Source: Paraspadella gotoi (Eukaryota; Animalia; Chaetognatha). From it: a stretch of DNA of 64,000 nucleotides. The DNA lies in contig JBJCIZ010000046.1 in assembly GCA_051294375.1 (NCBI GenBank), forward strand, positions 10,162 to 74,161. Direction: 5' to 3'. A model generated the notes under the pieces. The model was given only the letters and a program-made list of their open reading frames with translations, did no database searches and was not told the origin of the DNA. The translations under genes and the position numbers were made by a program. This document shows, in pieces, positions 49,577 through 63,040 of this stretch. Each line of letters opens with the position of its first letter. Within the stretch, counting starts at the first letter, position 1.

Positions 49577-49984
49577 TGTTAATCGTACCAGCAGCCTTCA
49601 TGGTTAGCGCGTGGCGTTGCTGGATTGGAGTAGCTTCATTAACTAGTATAAAAGCGGCCCCTCAAGCGCTATCTTTTGCTCCATCCTCTCTCCGCGCTCA
49701 TCTTCTGCCTACAAGCTCCTGCCTCTCACACGGTAAGTGACCCCAAACCGTACATTCTCTATTTACATATACTATGAGCTAGAAGATATTCATTGGACTC
49801 TAATGGTTCACGTTGCTAGTAAGTTAGACTATCTATTATTTACTTTAAAACTAAGTTCCTGAGCAGTTCAACTGGACCTAGGTTGACGCGTCACTCTCTT
49901 GGGGCCTGGAAAACCCCCATTCCAGTCCAATCCCAGACTCCGTTCCATGGCTCATAAGTGCCTCTGTTTTATATCCACGAAACA
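49577..49984 (+). repeat. Probable 3' LTR of family A
   Basis: TGTT...AACA termini, TATAAAA at about 49647, CG|GTAAGT donor at 49733; host splice acceptor follows directly. 5' boundary uncertain (weak PPT, no second LTR to compare). Confidence 0.65.
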
Positions 49985-50002
49985 TCTTCCTCCTGTTCTC
50001 AG

Positions 50003-50301
50003 ATCTTGCGAGTGCCTGCCTGCGACCCCTGCCTCCCCCCTCCTCCTCCTCCTTGATCCCTCTGCGGAAGGCTCGGACGGTCAGACCTACGCTTCCCAGT
50101 GCGAGATGCGCCAGCGGCTTGCGTCGCTCTCAAGCGCGTCGTTGTTACAGTCCGGGAAGGTGCGAGAGACCGGATATAATCGAGGAGGTGGAGGCTTCCC
50201 GGATCCGAGCGACGGAGTGGCGACAGCGGTCTCGGCTCCGGCGACGGGCGCGACGGCGTCGACGACGAGGACAATACGTTTTGCGATGACGACAATTGCA
50301 G
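50003..50301 (+). CDS. agrin: Agrin-like exon (follistatin/Kazal domain)
   Basis: TTCTCAG acceptor; SCEC...LCG.DGQTYASQCEMRQ.AC...FCDDDNC; phase-2 junction to next exon gives CRFGGIC. Confidence 0.8.
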
Positions 50302-51594
50302 GTGGTGGAGATGGAAATAGGAAATGAGTTTGCGGTTGATCTTTTTTCGTCAGAATCATTTTATCTTAAATCTCATTATCTATAGTATTTTTGAAGAGGC
50401 GGCCTTAGAGGTTAGTTGAGAGTTTTTGTGTCTAATTATGCTTGAGGATGTAGTTGACCGATTTTCCTTGATATTGAGCAATGCAGAGGCTTTCGAGTGA
50501 CTAAAAAGGTTTAATTGTGGAGGAGCCTCGCTAACTTCTTTGTCGACTGAAAGAGGCGTTGAGTTCGAATGAAGTTTTTTTTTTTCTCAGTGCGATAATA
50601 ATTAACAGAACAGAGGATAAGAAATCTATCTTGACGTCACTTTTTTCAAAAGCTTTTAAGAAAACGTAATTTTTGAATTAAAACTGTACATTTTTTTACT
50701 CGAATCTCCAGAAAAATCTTTTAATTTTAATATTTTATAATAGCGGTTAATACGTCTCATCTGCCGTCCTTTTCAGCTTTTCAACGGAAATTCGATTACA
50801 GTTTTTTTTTCTTCTTAAAAATATTAATAAAATAAAAAAAAAAACTTGTTCAACTCATCTTCCCTTGTTTGCTTTGCCTTAAGATTCTAAGCTTGAATTT
50901 CCAGTGCCGATTTTAAAAAAATCCCAACTTTTTTTATAGTCCTGTATTAGCTTTTACTGACTTTTCCCTCTTTTTTTTTTACCTACCGTAAGCCATTACA
51001 CGTTTTACTTTCCGCCGCAACTCGGTGCAATCATCCTTTTGCCAGCCAACCCTCCATTTCTCTTTAAATCCCCGCCCAAAAAAATCTCATTCTCCTTCGA
51101 TAGTTTTTTTTTTTTTCTCGGAAAAGTCTGTTCTTACGGCTTCTCTTCTTCTTCCTTCCCGTTTAAGAGAATCGAACCATTAGTTTTCATTCTTTTCCAT
51201 TTTTTATCTCTCATTCTCTTATCGTTTACGTTTTCTTCCTTTTGATTTGTTTTATCTTAATTCTTTCTAGTTTCAAATTTGTTTCTAAACTCTTAGTAAA
51301 TAAGGATTTACTATTTTTTTTACTACTAAGGTAACTCAAATCTTCTAGAGACAAGACGGCGAAGAGAACGAACGAGCGAAATACGAGAAGACTTCGACGT
51401 CGTCTTTTACTTTATCAAACTTTTTGGGTAGTACATCGTTCCCTCCATAGATACGCCATGTTTTAACAACGCATATATGGCGTGAAGTCCATCGGATCTT
51501 CCTTTATTTTCTTTCCTCGTAGCACTCATGATTAATTACCTCCATCCCTTCGATTTTCCCCCTCGCCCAACTTCTTCCCGAAAATCCTATCCAG

Positions 51595-51827
51595 ATTCGG
51601 CGGCATCTGCGAGCGTCGCCGCGGACGCGTCGCCTGCACCTGCGACTTCGACTGCATCGAGAACTTCGGGCGGCGCGTGTGCGGCACCGACGGGCGGGTG
51701 CATCGCAGCAGCTGCCACATGCGCGAACGAAGCTGCCGCAGACAACGAGAGATCGTGGAACAGGATATGGCGCTGTGTCGGAGGGCGGGGGACGAGGACG
51801 ACGAAGATGGGGACGATGAAGATGGAG
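51595..51827 (+). CDS. agrin: Agrin-like exon (follistatin/Kazal domain)
   Basis: FGGICERRRGRVACTCDFDCIENFGRRVCGTDGRVHRSSCHMRERSCRRQREIVEQDMALC; GTGAGA donor. Confidence 0.9.
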
Positions 51828-51943
51828 GTGAGAGAGAGAGAGAGAGAGAGAGATAATATTGTTTGTTTTAAAAATGAAAAGATGGCCGAGGATCTCGTTC
51901 ACATTCTTCTTTTCTTTCTCACCTTTCCTCCCCTTTCCTCCAG

Positions 51944-52135
51944 CACCCCCCACCCCTAAACCTCCTTTCCGCGCCGACTGCGCCGCGTCCCGCTTCGGCT
52001 GCTGCCCCGAGGACGGTCTCACACCGGCGCGCGGCCCTTCCGGCGCCGGATGCCCGCGCCATTGCGGCTGCAACAAACTCGGCGCCTACGACGCCACCTG
52101 CGATCCTTCGACGCGACAGTGCTCCTGCAAACCGG
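51944..52135 (+). CDS. agrin: Agrin-like exon (FGCCP motif, laminin-EGF 1)
   Basis: CAASRFGCCPEDGLTPARGPSGAGCPRHCGCNKLGAYDATCDPSTRQCSCKPG; GTGAG donor. Confidence 0.92.
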
Positions 52136-52792
52136 GTGAGGAGGAGCGATTCAATGTAAAGTAAGGTTGACCCTCATTTGTTTAGTTTTAATAATGTTAA
52201 CGTTTATAAATTGTGGTTTCTTAAATTCATAATTTTTTTAAAAAAATGCGGACATGTTTCTTCATCAGCGCGTAATTAGACTTAAAAAAAATAGTGTCGT
52301 AACCTGTCCCTTTTTTTGATAAATAAGCCCGTTCTTAGTAAACAAATAGACTTTGTTTTCTCTCTAACTTAAAACGCAACGAAAAGAAAGTCTTAACACA
52401 AGTACTTCAGGTAGAATTTCTGTAAACAGCGTCATTGCGGCAGACTTATGTTTTACGTAACTTTTGCCAAATAAGTTGTCTGAGAGCTTCATTCGAATCG
52501 AGGCGTGTATTATCGATAAATCGCTTTGTCGCTTTGTATTTTTCTTTGTCGCTTTCTTCGCTGTTGTCCTTTTCGATCGCCGTCTGAAAGGTTTTACGTC
52601 ATTGATTTCTTACGTAAGCGATCCAAGTTTATTTTCTTCTACGAATGACTGGAGTTTTATAGTTTACTATTCGCCATTCGATTCTCTTTTGTTTTCTTTG
52701 CGGATTTTCGTTTTTCTTCGTCTCAATCGCATCCCCGCCGAGACGACAAGAGGTCTTGCGCTCATAAATCGAGCAGAGAAAAAACCATTTTG

Positions 52793-52794
52793 AC

Positions 52795-52887
<93 letters not shown>
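52793..52887. repeat. (GA)n microsatellite
   Basis: Direct observation. Confidence 0.95.
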
Positions 52888-53361
52888 CATAGAAAAGCTC
52901 ATCGGAAAACCGTTTCGTCGACGGCCGTGCTGAGCCTCTTTTTCTTCTATTTCGACGCGAGGGTCAAGAAATTTTAATCTGTCTCTGTCTGTCTTTGTCT
53001 GTCTCTCTGCCTTTCAGTGCGAACCAAAACTCTCTCCGTGAGTCTCTGCTTCTGACTCCCTCTCTAACTGCTTCTGTCTTTTGTTTCTGTCTCTCTCACA
53101 CTCTCTTTCTCCCTCCCTCCTGGCGCGATCGATAGAAATGACGAGGATATTCTCCAACATCCTCGTGGGAGTCCCCCGTCTATTTTGACGCAGCTTCTCC
53201 AGAACATTTCACCGCCCACGAGAATCCTTTCCTTTGACCTTTATTGCTTTTCCCCCAACGTGATACAGGGTCGTTATTACTCTCCACTTCGCCCTAACGT
53301 CGCGATGAAAAATGAAGGCCTCATTATCGCGAGGAATACATACGGGAACGACCGAAAATCG

Positions 53362-53365
53362 CTCT

Positions 53366-53452
<87 letters not shown>
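53362..53452. repeat. (CT)n microsatellite
   Basis: Direct observation. Confidence 0.95.
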
Positions 53453-53454
<2 letters not shown>

Positions 53455-55803
53455 GGATCCCTTTTTCCCGCTTTCGAGATAAATGGCTCCATGACCGCAG
53501 ACAGGGAGACACTTCCTCTTTTCCCTTTATTATTCCTTCCCTCCATCTTTTCTCTCTCTCTCCTGTTAAGGAGCGGCCCTTTCTATTCCCTTATCTTGGC
53601 CTCCACGTCTTCCTTTGCGGACAGGTGATAAACGATTCCAAGCTAAAAACAGAGACGAATACTTTTTTTTTCTTTTACTTTCTTTTTTTTTTATCGAAAC
53701 CCACCCTGTAATTTATCCAGATGGTCACGCGCGTAACCCTAGACGCGACCTCTGGCGGCAAGAATGGCGAAACCGACTTCTGGCCTCATCTTGGACGAAG
53801 ATAAAAGGATAAATAAATGAAAAATGAAGAGGAGAATTAACCCGAGGGAAAAATCGGTTGCTTCTTGGTGAATCGTTTTCATCGTTGTTTGTAGACATTT
53901 TTCCAATTATTTCTTCATTTTCTGTCTGAAGGCAAACGGGGCTCTAAGAGTTCTGTTGTCTGTATTCCTATCGATTTTGTTGTCTCTCGATGAACAATGG
54001 AAAACATTGATCGAAATAACTGACAGGCGACAGGCATACGTAGTACCAGGTTCAAAAAACCTAAAGCCTTTTCTGGCAAAGAGGAAATATTCAAGAAAAG
54101 CGCAAATGTGAAGGAACAAAGATGAATTAGAATAATTGGAGACGTCTTTGCGATGTATTGAACCATTTGACCTGAGAATTTAAAATATCAGTGAGGGAGA
54201 GAGGGAGAGAGTGGGAGAGTGACAGAGACGAGAAAGAGAGAAGAGATAGACGTAGAGACAAAGAGCAACGAGGAATGAACAGCGTATCTCAGCAGTTCTT
54301 TCCTCCAGAAATGTCTCGTATTTTTTCGCGACGCCGAAGGCGACGTAGCGAAACGTCTCGGTGTGAGAAAAAGAAAAGAAAAATATCATTCTATCTCTTT
54401 TTTCTTTTCCTCCTTTAATCCCTTTCCTTCTTTAATACCTTTACCTTCCTAAATCCCTTTTCCATTTCTTTTCTTTATCTCCATTCCTTTTTCTTCTATA
54501 TATTTCTTCTTTTTTTCTTCTTTCCTTCACTTCTTTGTCTGTTTTTCCTGCCGATTATCGCTGAAATATGAAAGGAAGGTTCATCCGTATTTTTTTCTTG
54601 AAGCGTTGAAGTATTTGTTTTGGGTCTTCACATATCAAAAGGCAACTTTGAAGCTCTTTTTTCTAGATGTATTTAGTTTTCTCAAGACTTTTTAATTGAT
54701 TCAAATATTAAGACTTTTTTCCATGTTCTATCCCTTTTGGAATTTTCGGTGAAGTTTGACACAAACGTAATTATTATCATCTCGTCAAAGCTGCTAGGAT
54801 TCTATGGAATCTTCGTTTTTTTTTCTTTCTTTTTTCTCGAGCAACCCTATTGTTTTCCAATTTTACCTCGTTCAGTTTTGAAAACATTTGGATTTATTTG
54901 CCTTCCGAAAAAAAAAACAGAAAAACAAATCCCGCTCTGATCCTCTGTCGTTGTTTGTAAAATGTTGAGTGTATTTAGACGTAAATATGTACAAAGCGAG
55001 TTTGTTTCAAAAACGAAAACCAAAAAGTTTGTAAGTTTGGTGGAGCTTGTCGTAAATTCACTTCAATCTGAACGGTGGGGCTGTGAGCCCATGTTTGAGA
55101 GAGAAAATTTGAGGCGAGAAAAGAAAAAAAAAGAAAGTAAGAAAGAAAGAAAGAAAGAAAGAAGAAAGAAAGAAAGAAAGAAGAAAGAAAAATGAAGAAA
55201 GAAAGAAAGAAGTAAGTAAGTTCTCACTGAATGCATGCACATAAAAACTTTGGCACACGTGGACTACCGACCTCGCCTTCCGTCCCCCTGAGTCCGTTTC
55301 CGTTTTCCTCTCACAGTTTTTACGGTCGGTTATTACATCAACTTTACAAGGGCAAAAAAAAAAAAAAAAAAAAAAAAAATTCCATAAAACTGACGCCGAC
55401 CCGCGTTTTTTTACGTTTCCTTGAAACATTTACGGCGTTTTCCCGTTGCTAGGAAACTTTGGCAACATTCATTGGAGATTCAGATCGAAATAAGGTGGGA
55501 AAATGGGGAGAAAAACCAATGTTTTGCTTTTTATCAGTGACGGCTATTGCACTTTGCTAATCTCTTGACTTTTTATCTCTTTATCTTTTAATGAGTATCT
55601 ACCGTCTTTTTCACAGGGCTAAGAAAAAAGTCTAGGTTTTGTCAGTAAAAAAAATATTAAATATAAAACGGTTGTACAACTGAATTTTTTTTTGTTTAAA
55701 GTAGAATAAAATATTTAAATTCAGTAAATTTTCAAGGAATTTCCATAGCCGTTACTTACATTTTAAGTTTAACTTTAAAGTATAACTTTAAATTGAACCA
55801 CAG

Positions 55804-55968
55804 GCGTGGGCGGCCTTCAGTGCGACAGATGTCGGCCAGGATTTTGGGGTCTGCCCAAGATCCTGAGGGCAAACACGGCTGCGCTCCTTGCGCCTGCAAT
55901 CTCTTCGGGTCGCACGCGACGACTGCCGAACAAATGACGGGACGATGCGTCTTAAACCGGGCGTCACT
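55804..55968 (+). CDS. agrin: Agrin-like exon (laminin-EGF 1 and 2)
   Basis: GVGGLQCDRCRPGFWGLPKI..HGCAPCACNLFGS.RDDCEQMTGRCV.KPGVT across indels; GTGAGT donor. Confidence 0.9.
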
Positions 55969-58900
55969 GTGAGTGGTTATTGATGTTGACTGTTCATCAA
56001 TGTAGATCACTGTTTGATAACTGTTGATTGATTAATTTCCAAAATGCATGAAATAATTTTAAAAGAAACGTGTTTGTACAGTTAAATAGCTGTCGTTTTA
56101 AGATTGTAAAAATTTGTGTCAATTTAGTCGCAATTATTATTAAACTATAAATTCCATCCATAACTAGTAACAGAGAATATAATATATGTACACATTTCTG
56201 TCACTCAACTTTTATTCAATAGAACTTTCCATTCCAAAACTAAGGAAGACACTAAGAGTCAGAGAAAAGAAGGAAAAATCCGATGTTCTTTTGTTTTCTC
56301 TCCTTCCTTCTTATCGGCCTCACGTCCAGCGTTATTCTCCTAAAACCCGTTTTCCTTTTTTTTTCTCTTTTTTTTTCATTTTTTTATCTTTTTCTTTCTC
56401 TTCAAATCTCCATGTTCTTTCTTGAGCGTTGAAATTGCTTCTTTTTTTTGTAGGCATGAAACTTTTGTTAACAGAACTTTTTTTAAGCATTTTCTTTGCA
56501 TCAATCATCACTTGTCTCTCGAAGGGAAAGTTCGACGTTCTTTACTGCGCGATGCGAAACACGGTGATTCCCGCGATTTAGAAGGAGATGATTCCGGGAC
56601 GAAGAAGACGGTTGAGATTTGTCGAGTCGGCACACTATTTTTTCGATCGTGAAAACCCTTCACGAAATTTTGAGCATGATGGGATGTGATTGAAAAAAAC
56701 ATTTTTCGATTCGCTTCGTTCTGTCGTCTTCTCGTCGTTTTCGTTGCATTACTGTCAACTCTCAAGAAGAAAGCGCGAGGATAATTAAGAGTGGATAAGA
56801 TATCTCGCGGCGCGAGAGGTCATCCATTTTGACCTTTTTTTTTTTGACGCACGTCGTGCTTATCGGAACCCGTAAAACTCGCCAAAGATTATTTAATTAA
56901 AAAGATTCCGATGGACCGCTTTTCTTTCATTAACGTTTTCCTGGTCCAGTTCTTTTCAGTGCAGAAACGTTAAAACACGATGTTCACAAAACTTTTGATT
57001 TACGGATAGCTGAAAAAACTCTTACTGTTTGGGTAAAACAAACCAAAAAACCGAGATTATTCTAGATTCAAATGTACAGTCGGTGAACCATAACTCTTAT
57101 GATTATCAACCTCCTTCGGTTATTTTCCGCTTCTTCTACCTGTCTTCGCACGTAGATGACTTGAAAGGCACTCGGTTCCAACCAGGTCTTACGGTTAGCA
57201 GACAACAGTGCCTAGAAGGCTGTGCTGCCAGAATGTTGTTTAAAAAGGTTTGGGAGAAAGATGGAGAAGAGAGGGGAGAGAGAGAAGGGGTGCAGGGATT
57301 TGCGGAAGGATGAACAGAGTGGGGAAGTGACCAGTTCGACTTGGCCTGGTCCACTTGCGGTACCCAAGAAACAGCATCAGGGATTCCGCCTGAACAGCGA
57401 TTTCCTTTCTGTATTTGCTCGAGCGCCTCCTCGTCTCTCTTTGCGCATCCGAAAGGATGCGTTGCTCTTCGCACCAGCGCCATTCATATTCTCGAAGCGG
57501 TCTCTGACTGAAATTCATAAACAAAACCCGTTTCCGTTACGGAAGATTCTCGCGACTTTAAGCGATCGTCGACCCGACGTGTACGCCGCCCTGGTACCCA
57601 CGCGACGCGCTTAGCCCCGAGCGCTCAGGATGATTGTGGTTGGGTTGTGTTGGTTGGCTTGGGTTCCGAGACCGGAATAAGATTCCGATCAAACAGGTCT
57701 CGTTCTCTTGTTGGTCGACGATTCTACGTTCGCACTAGAAATGAAAAAGGGAAAACGAGAAAAGATAAAGATTCTTCTCTAATCAGACTAGGACAACACG
57801 AACGACGACAACAACGGCTCGACCCCTTCGACCGAAGCCGCTCTTCCCACAGTTGAATGGGATCCGCGAATGAGTGTATGAGTTTTAAGTCTTGCCGCGC
57901 GTTCAGTCTCCACACCAGACCGTGTAGATTCTCCGCATTCATCTATTCAATTGGCCGCCATTTTTTAAAGTTTTTTTTTTATAAATTGTTTTTCGCTTTT
58001 TTTAATTTAAATTCTCTTTATTTTTGTTACTTATTTCTTCTTTTTTTTCTCATTCAGTTAGACGACTGTTATTACTATTCAAAAAAATAAGATTACGTGC
58101 AAGCCGTTTTGGAGATAGCGGCGAGTGGTGTGGGGTAGGTGGGAGGGGATTAGTATTGATTTATATATTATTTCCATAAATCCATTATCTTTCAATTTAT
58201 AAATGATTAACAAAAGAAAAAAAAAAAGGATCGACCATTAAAAGAATAACGCGCGTGCAATATGAACGAATATAAAAAAACGTTGATTTGAAGTTGGTGC
58301 GTTGTGGGGAGAGAGAGGCCGTGGAGGGCAGGAGGAGGAGAAAAAACGAAAAAACAAAGAGAGCAAAATAACAAACAAAGAGCGCACTGAGAGCAAAGGA
58401 GAAAGAAGAAGAGGAAAGAAGAGAAAAGAAGAAGAGAGAAAAAAAAAGAAAAAAGAGAGGAAGGAAGAAGAGAGACAGAGAGAGAGAGAAAAAGATGAAG
58501 AAGAAAGCGATAGGAGGAGAGACAAAGGAGAAGGAGGAACAGCACTGGTAGGGAGGGGTGAGAAAAAAAGAGAGTTGCCTTGATGTGGAAAATCTTCGAT
58601 ATTAGACTTTGGTCAGCGGCGCATAACAGATTATATGGATAATAAAAGCGGTTTAGCGAGCTTTCAAGCGGTTTAACCCTCGCAATGTTTGTTATTCCTG
58701 CGATGCCTAGTGGCCTGGATACTTAAGTGCACTAATATTTCGATTCATTGCTCTCGGTATAATGACAATCCAATTAGCCCTTATGCTTTGTGTTATTAGT
58801 AAAAATCAGAATAGTAACAACTAGTTACATCATTTTTTGTACATAATTGTCTTTTCCCGGAAATAGCTATGTAAATTTTTTAAACAGTTTGTTCACAACA

Positions 58901-59696
58901 CCTGAAGTTACACAGCGAAAGAAATAAAAACAGAAGAAATAGGTGAAGACCGTTCACGTGAAACAATTTAGAAACAAAAGGACATTTTAACGCCGATTAC
59001 AAGCGACAAAGCTGACAAAATTACCCAAAAAAAATACTTGACAAACTCCGGCAAGGCTGACAGAGGAAATTTTCTGATAAAGTTGCTGGGGAGAACTAGG
59101 CGTGTCGCAACTGGTGTGCTTTTTGTTACCCAATAGTTAGTTTGGGTTTTTTTTTTAGTCCGCAAGAGTGATTGCGTTTTGCAACATGCGTCATCACGTG
59201 ACTTTCATTCTTGCCCCCACTTCCTCCGCGCCATTCACTGCCCGCCAGATCTTCAGTTTTTTTTCCTCAGAGTAAAGAAAAAATGTTTTTCGTTTGTGCT
59301 TTTTATGATCGACCAATTTGTGGCTAAAATTTTAATTAAAAAAATATTTTTATAGAATTCAAATCGGAAAGTGATGCTCACGGATTATAATGTGTATCGG
59401 TGTTAGGTTTTTACGAAATTGGTTTTCGCGAAAACGAACTTTATGAAAATAGAAAATAATACTTGTTTCACATATTTTCAAGTCTTTATTGATTTTTTTA
59501 TTAATATTTTTTATCATCCTTATTTTAACACCAATCGAGCACCTCATAATATTCTCAAACTGTTGATGAGTTTGATGATGATGACACAAACGGTGTCCGA
59601 AATATTTAACCCTTTAGTCCGAAACGCCTTAAATTAATAATAAATTAATCTTAATTAATCATTTCTCTCCTTTCTCTAATTTTTTTTTCCTTTCAG

Positions 59697-59930
59697 GATG
59701 AAGCTGCGGTCGATTGCCAGAACGGGCGGCCCCTCACTTCGGAAGGCTGCGACGGGCCTATCCGTCGACCCAATCTACGGCGCCTCCGGAACTCGGCGCC
59801 TTGCGCGGCGTCCCGGCGACGTCCGGCGCCGCGATCCTGCTCCGATTCCTCAAAAAGGGTGGTCCTTACGGCGGCATGCCAGGACGTAGCGCGCAAGGCC
59901 GAGTGCGTGCTGCGAGGGACTCTGCAGAAG
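59697..59930 (+). CDS. agrin: Agrin-like exon (end of laminin-EGF 2, start of next follistatin domain)
   Basis: TTTCAG acceptor; MKC.DCQNGRPLTSEGC...PYGG.CQDVARKAECVCEGLC across indels; 3' end approximate. Confidence 0.7.
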
Positions 59931-60859
59931 TGGTCGAGGGAGATTGGCACGCGAACTTGGAGAGACCACATGTTGACCCAATGTGCTTATTGTGTCTTCA
60001 CGAGGGGGGGGGGGGGAAGTTGAAGTATGGCATCCAGAAAAAGTGGGAGAAAAAAAAGACCAACAACATTATCGCTCGATGTGTGGTGCTGCCACAAGAA
60101 GTTTTACATTCACGAGCTATTATAAATTCATTCAGTGCAAGATAGAAGACTGTTGTGCGGTATGTGTTTGGGTTTGGTTTTTTACAGAATTTTTGTTTTG
60201 TTTTTTCTTTTTTTCTTTTTTTGCGGTGGCGGGGGCGGACGTCGTGGAAAACAGAACGTGGACACTTGGCCAATTGCGTTGGAAGGTTGCGCATTTGAGA
60301 AAACAAATGGCTCTCCTGACAAGACAAAAAGCTGAAGGTATGAAGAGATAGTGAGGAGGAGATAGCTAGAGAGCAGAGAAAAAGAAGAGAGAGAGACGAG
60401 AGTGAAAGAGAGAGAGAGAGACGAGATGAGAGAGGAAGAGAGAGAGATGTGGAGAGAAGAGGACGAGAGAGAAGGAGCGAAGTTAGAAGGCGGAAAGTGA
60501 ATCAGTGAGCTGAGAAGACCCAAATTCGAAGCAGCGAATGATGCGAACAAAAAAAAGGGCCAATCGAAGAACTGCAGGTGGGTTTTCTTCGACTTAAATG
60601 ATGGATTTTTTACGAGAGCGGGAAACGAAAACCAACGGTTTATTCCGGAAGGTTTCTCCCACCACTGATGGGCTCTGGATAAGAAGGACCGCCGCTAACA
60701 AAGAAAAGAAAGAGAGAAAGAGAAGAAGAGAGAAAAGAGAAGAAAGTAGAAAGAAAAAGAAAAGAAAGAAAGAAATGAAAGAAGAAGAAGAGGAAAAAGA
60801 AAAAAAAAAAAAAGAAAAAAAAAGCCTTGTTTGATATGAGATTTCCAATTTTCATTCAG

Positions 60860-60960
60860 GCGGAAAGAGGGACGCCAAGAGAAATGGTTGGTGGGGACGG
60901 ACGGAGAACGTACGGATGCGGAATGACACACTAAGAACCTTCGCACGTGGTCGCTTGCAG
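60860..60960 (+). CDS. agrin: Agrin-like exon (Kazal core)
   Basis: TTCAG acceptor; EMV.G.DGRTY.AEC.LRTFA.RLQ across indels; GT donor at 60961. Confidence 0.65.
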
Positions 60961-61755
60961 GTGCACGATGAAAATTGTGAATTGAAAAAGGTAGATGAAA
61001 ATAGACAAACGACTTCTCATCTTTATATTCAAGACCCAAATTTAGATGAGTGCTTCTTTTATGGTCTGCAAGCAATCTGTTTGTCATTGGACCGGCCAAC
61101 CGATTATGTCGCTTCGTTTTTGTTCATTAGTAATTTACGCTTTTTTTATATTTTAATATTTTATTACTTCTTTTCTTTTAGAAGATTTTACAATTATTTA
61201 TACAATTATAAAATCAATTTTGTATACATCATGAGTCAAGTTTATTTCCGTAAAATTCTGTTTAGCCTTCCTCAGGCAAAGGGAAATCTTGTTAAAAAAG
61301 TTCAAAACATCCTCGTTTAACGACCGCTGAGCAGATTGGTTAAAATGATGTGTGTGGAAAACAAGACCAAACTTGAATTCCTATGCGTCGGCACTGAGTC
61401 GCTGTTCGACTTTAATTGGAGGTGAAGAAAGAGGAAACGTTAGTCACAAACAAAGTACCACGTCTGGTATCAGATTACAGGTCCGAAAGACATCACTGAG
61501 AATTGAGCGCCAGCGTAAGCAAACGCTCTTCAATCTCTGGTCATTGACTTTGTCTTTTTTTGTATTGCTTTTTTGGTATGTGACGCAAGTTTTTAGTTTA
61601 TTAAATTATAGCACAGAGTCGGAATTTGAATTTACCGAACGAGTGACAACAGTGAGAACAGTTGACAACGAGTGACAACAGGTCAACGTGTAAGCAGATA
61701 AATGATGAGCGCAAAACTGTTCCTTTGATGTTTTTTTTTTGTTTTTTCACTTCAG

Positions 61756-61842
61756 GAAAGCATCGCATCGCCTACGGGAAGGGGAAATGCAAAGATTCAG
61801 CGACGACGGAAGAACTGATTTCGGGTGGCGAAGAAGAGGACG
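61756..61842 (+). CDS. agrin: Agrin-like exon (Kazal C-terminus)
   Basis: TTCAG acceptor; KHRIAYGKGKCKDSATTEE resembles the IAYxGxC Kazal end. Confidence 0.55.
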
Positions 61843-61882
61843 AGTTAAAAGGCGGTTGTCTCTCTCTCTCTCTCTCTCTTCA

Positions 61883-61913
<31 letters not shown>

Positions 61914-62507
61914 CTCGTCTGGTGCTCTCTCTCTCTCTCTCTCTCCCTCCCTTCCCATCAACATCCATATACGACATCTTCTCGTCGACGGATTCGTTCA
62001 TTCTGTGAGAGCCTATATGTTATACGCGGAAAGGGAACCTTTTTCAAAACGTTACTGAATTAAGTATTATTATGTTATTTACCGCGTTTCATGTTTAACT
62101 ACTTTTTGAACGACGTTTTATCATCTGCCTTTTTCATATAGCCATTTACTACCAGATATACACTATTATGACCTAATTTCTCATGTTTTTAATATTATTT
62201 TTTTCATATTGCAGTTGCACGCTTGACTTAGGAGAAAGCAAAAAAAAAAAATAAAAAAAAATCGGTGATTGTAATCCTTCCAAAGCGAATTCCGCCTTAA
62301 GAGAAAGGATTTTCATTTTGTAAAAAAATTAATTGTTACTTTGGAGTATGATATTTTTCATCTCAAATAAAATTATTACGTATATATTTTTCAATTAATT
62401 AAAAACGTACGATTAGATTACTTTTTGTTTTAAGAAAGTTTAAAAAAGAGAGTTAATTTCTTTAAGCTGGTGGATCCTAGTTGTTTAATTCAACCGCCTC
62501 AAGAAGC

Positions 62508-62519
62508 TCCTCTCCTCTC

Positions 62520-62575
<56 letters not shown>

Positions 62576-62810
62576 TCTCTCATCGTCTCCGGGCTCTCTC
62601 TCTCTCTCTTACCATTCCGACCACACCCAAAAAACACAACCTCCAGATGCGCGCCAAGAAAGCTGCGGAAAGAAGACGAGAGGAGTTCGTTCCAAACATT
62701 CTTGGCCAAGAAGTTACAATGATAAGAAGACTCTCAATTGGCCAAGAAATTTTAGATGGCACTATATCAATTACTTTTACAATAAAATAAGTTGATCACT
62801 TCTCTCTCTC

Positions 62811-62868
<58 letters not shown>

Positions 62869-62954
62869 AATTTTTTTCTATTAAAGCGCAAAGCGGTTAG
62901 CGCAGTCGCGTCGGGCCGAAACGCAACTTGCGCCGCGATGCTTTCCATCTCTCT

Positions 62955-63022
<68 letters not shown>

Positions 63023-63040
63023 TTTCATTCTCTCTCTCTG
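62508..63040. repeat. Cluster of (CT)n microsatellites
   Basis: Runs at about 62510-62610, 62800-62862 and 62948-63020. Confidence 0.9.

Larger units (their letters stand above)
45141..49984 (+). mobile_element. Gypsy family A copy A3 (integrase tail, antisense gene, env, 3' LTR)
   Basis: Near-identical to A1 from about 20013 onward and continues through the full env into an LTR-like segment. Confidence 0.92.

Noticed and set aside
50003-61842. Agrin as a pseudogene because of frameshifts
   Set aside because: Indels are pervasive across the whole window, and splice sites and phases are largely intact, pointing to sequencing error.
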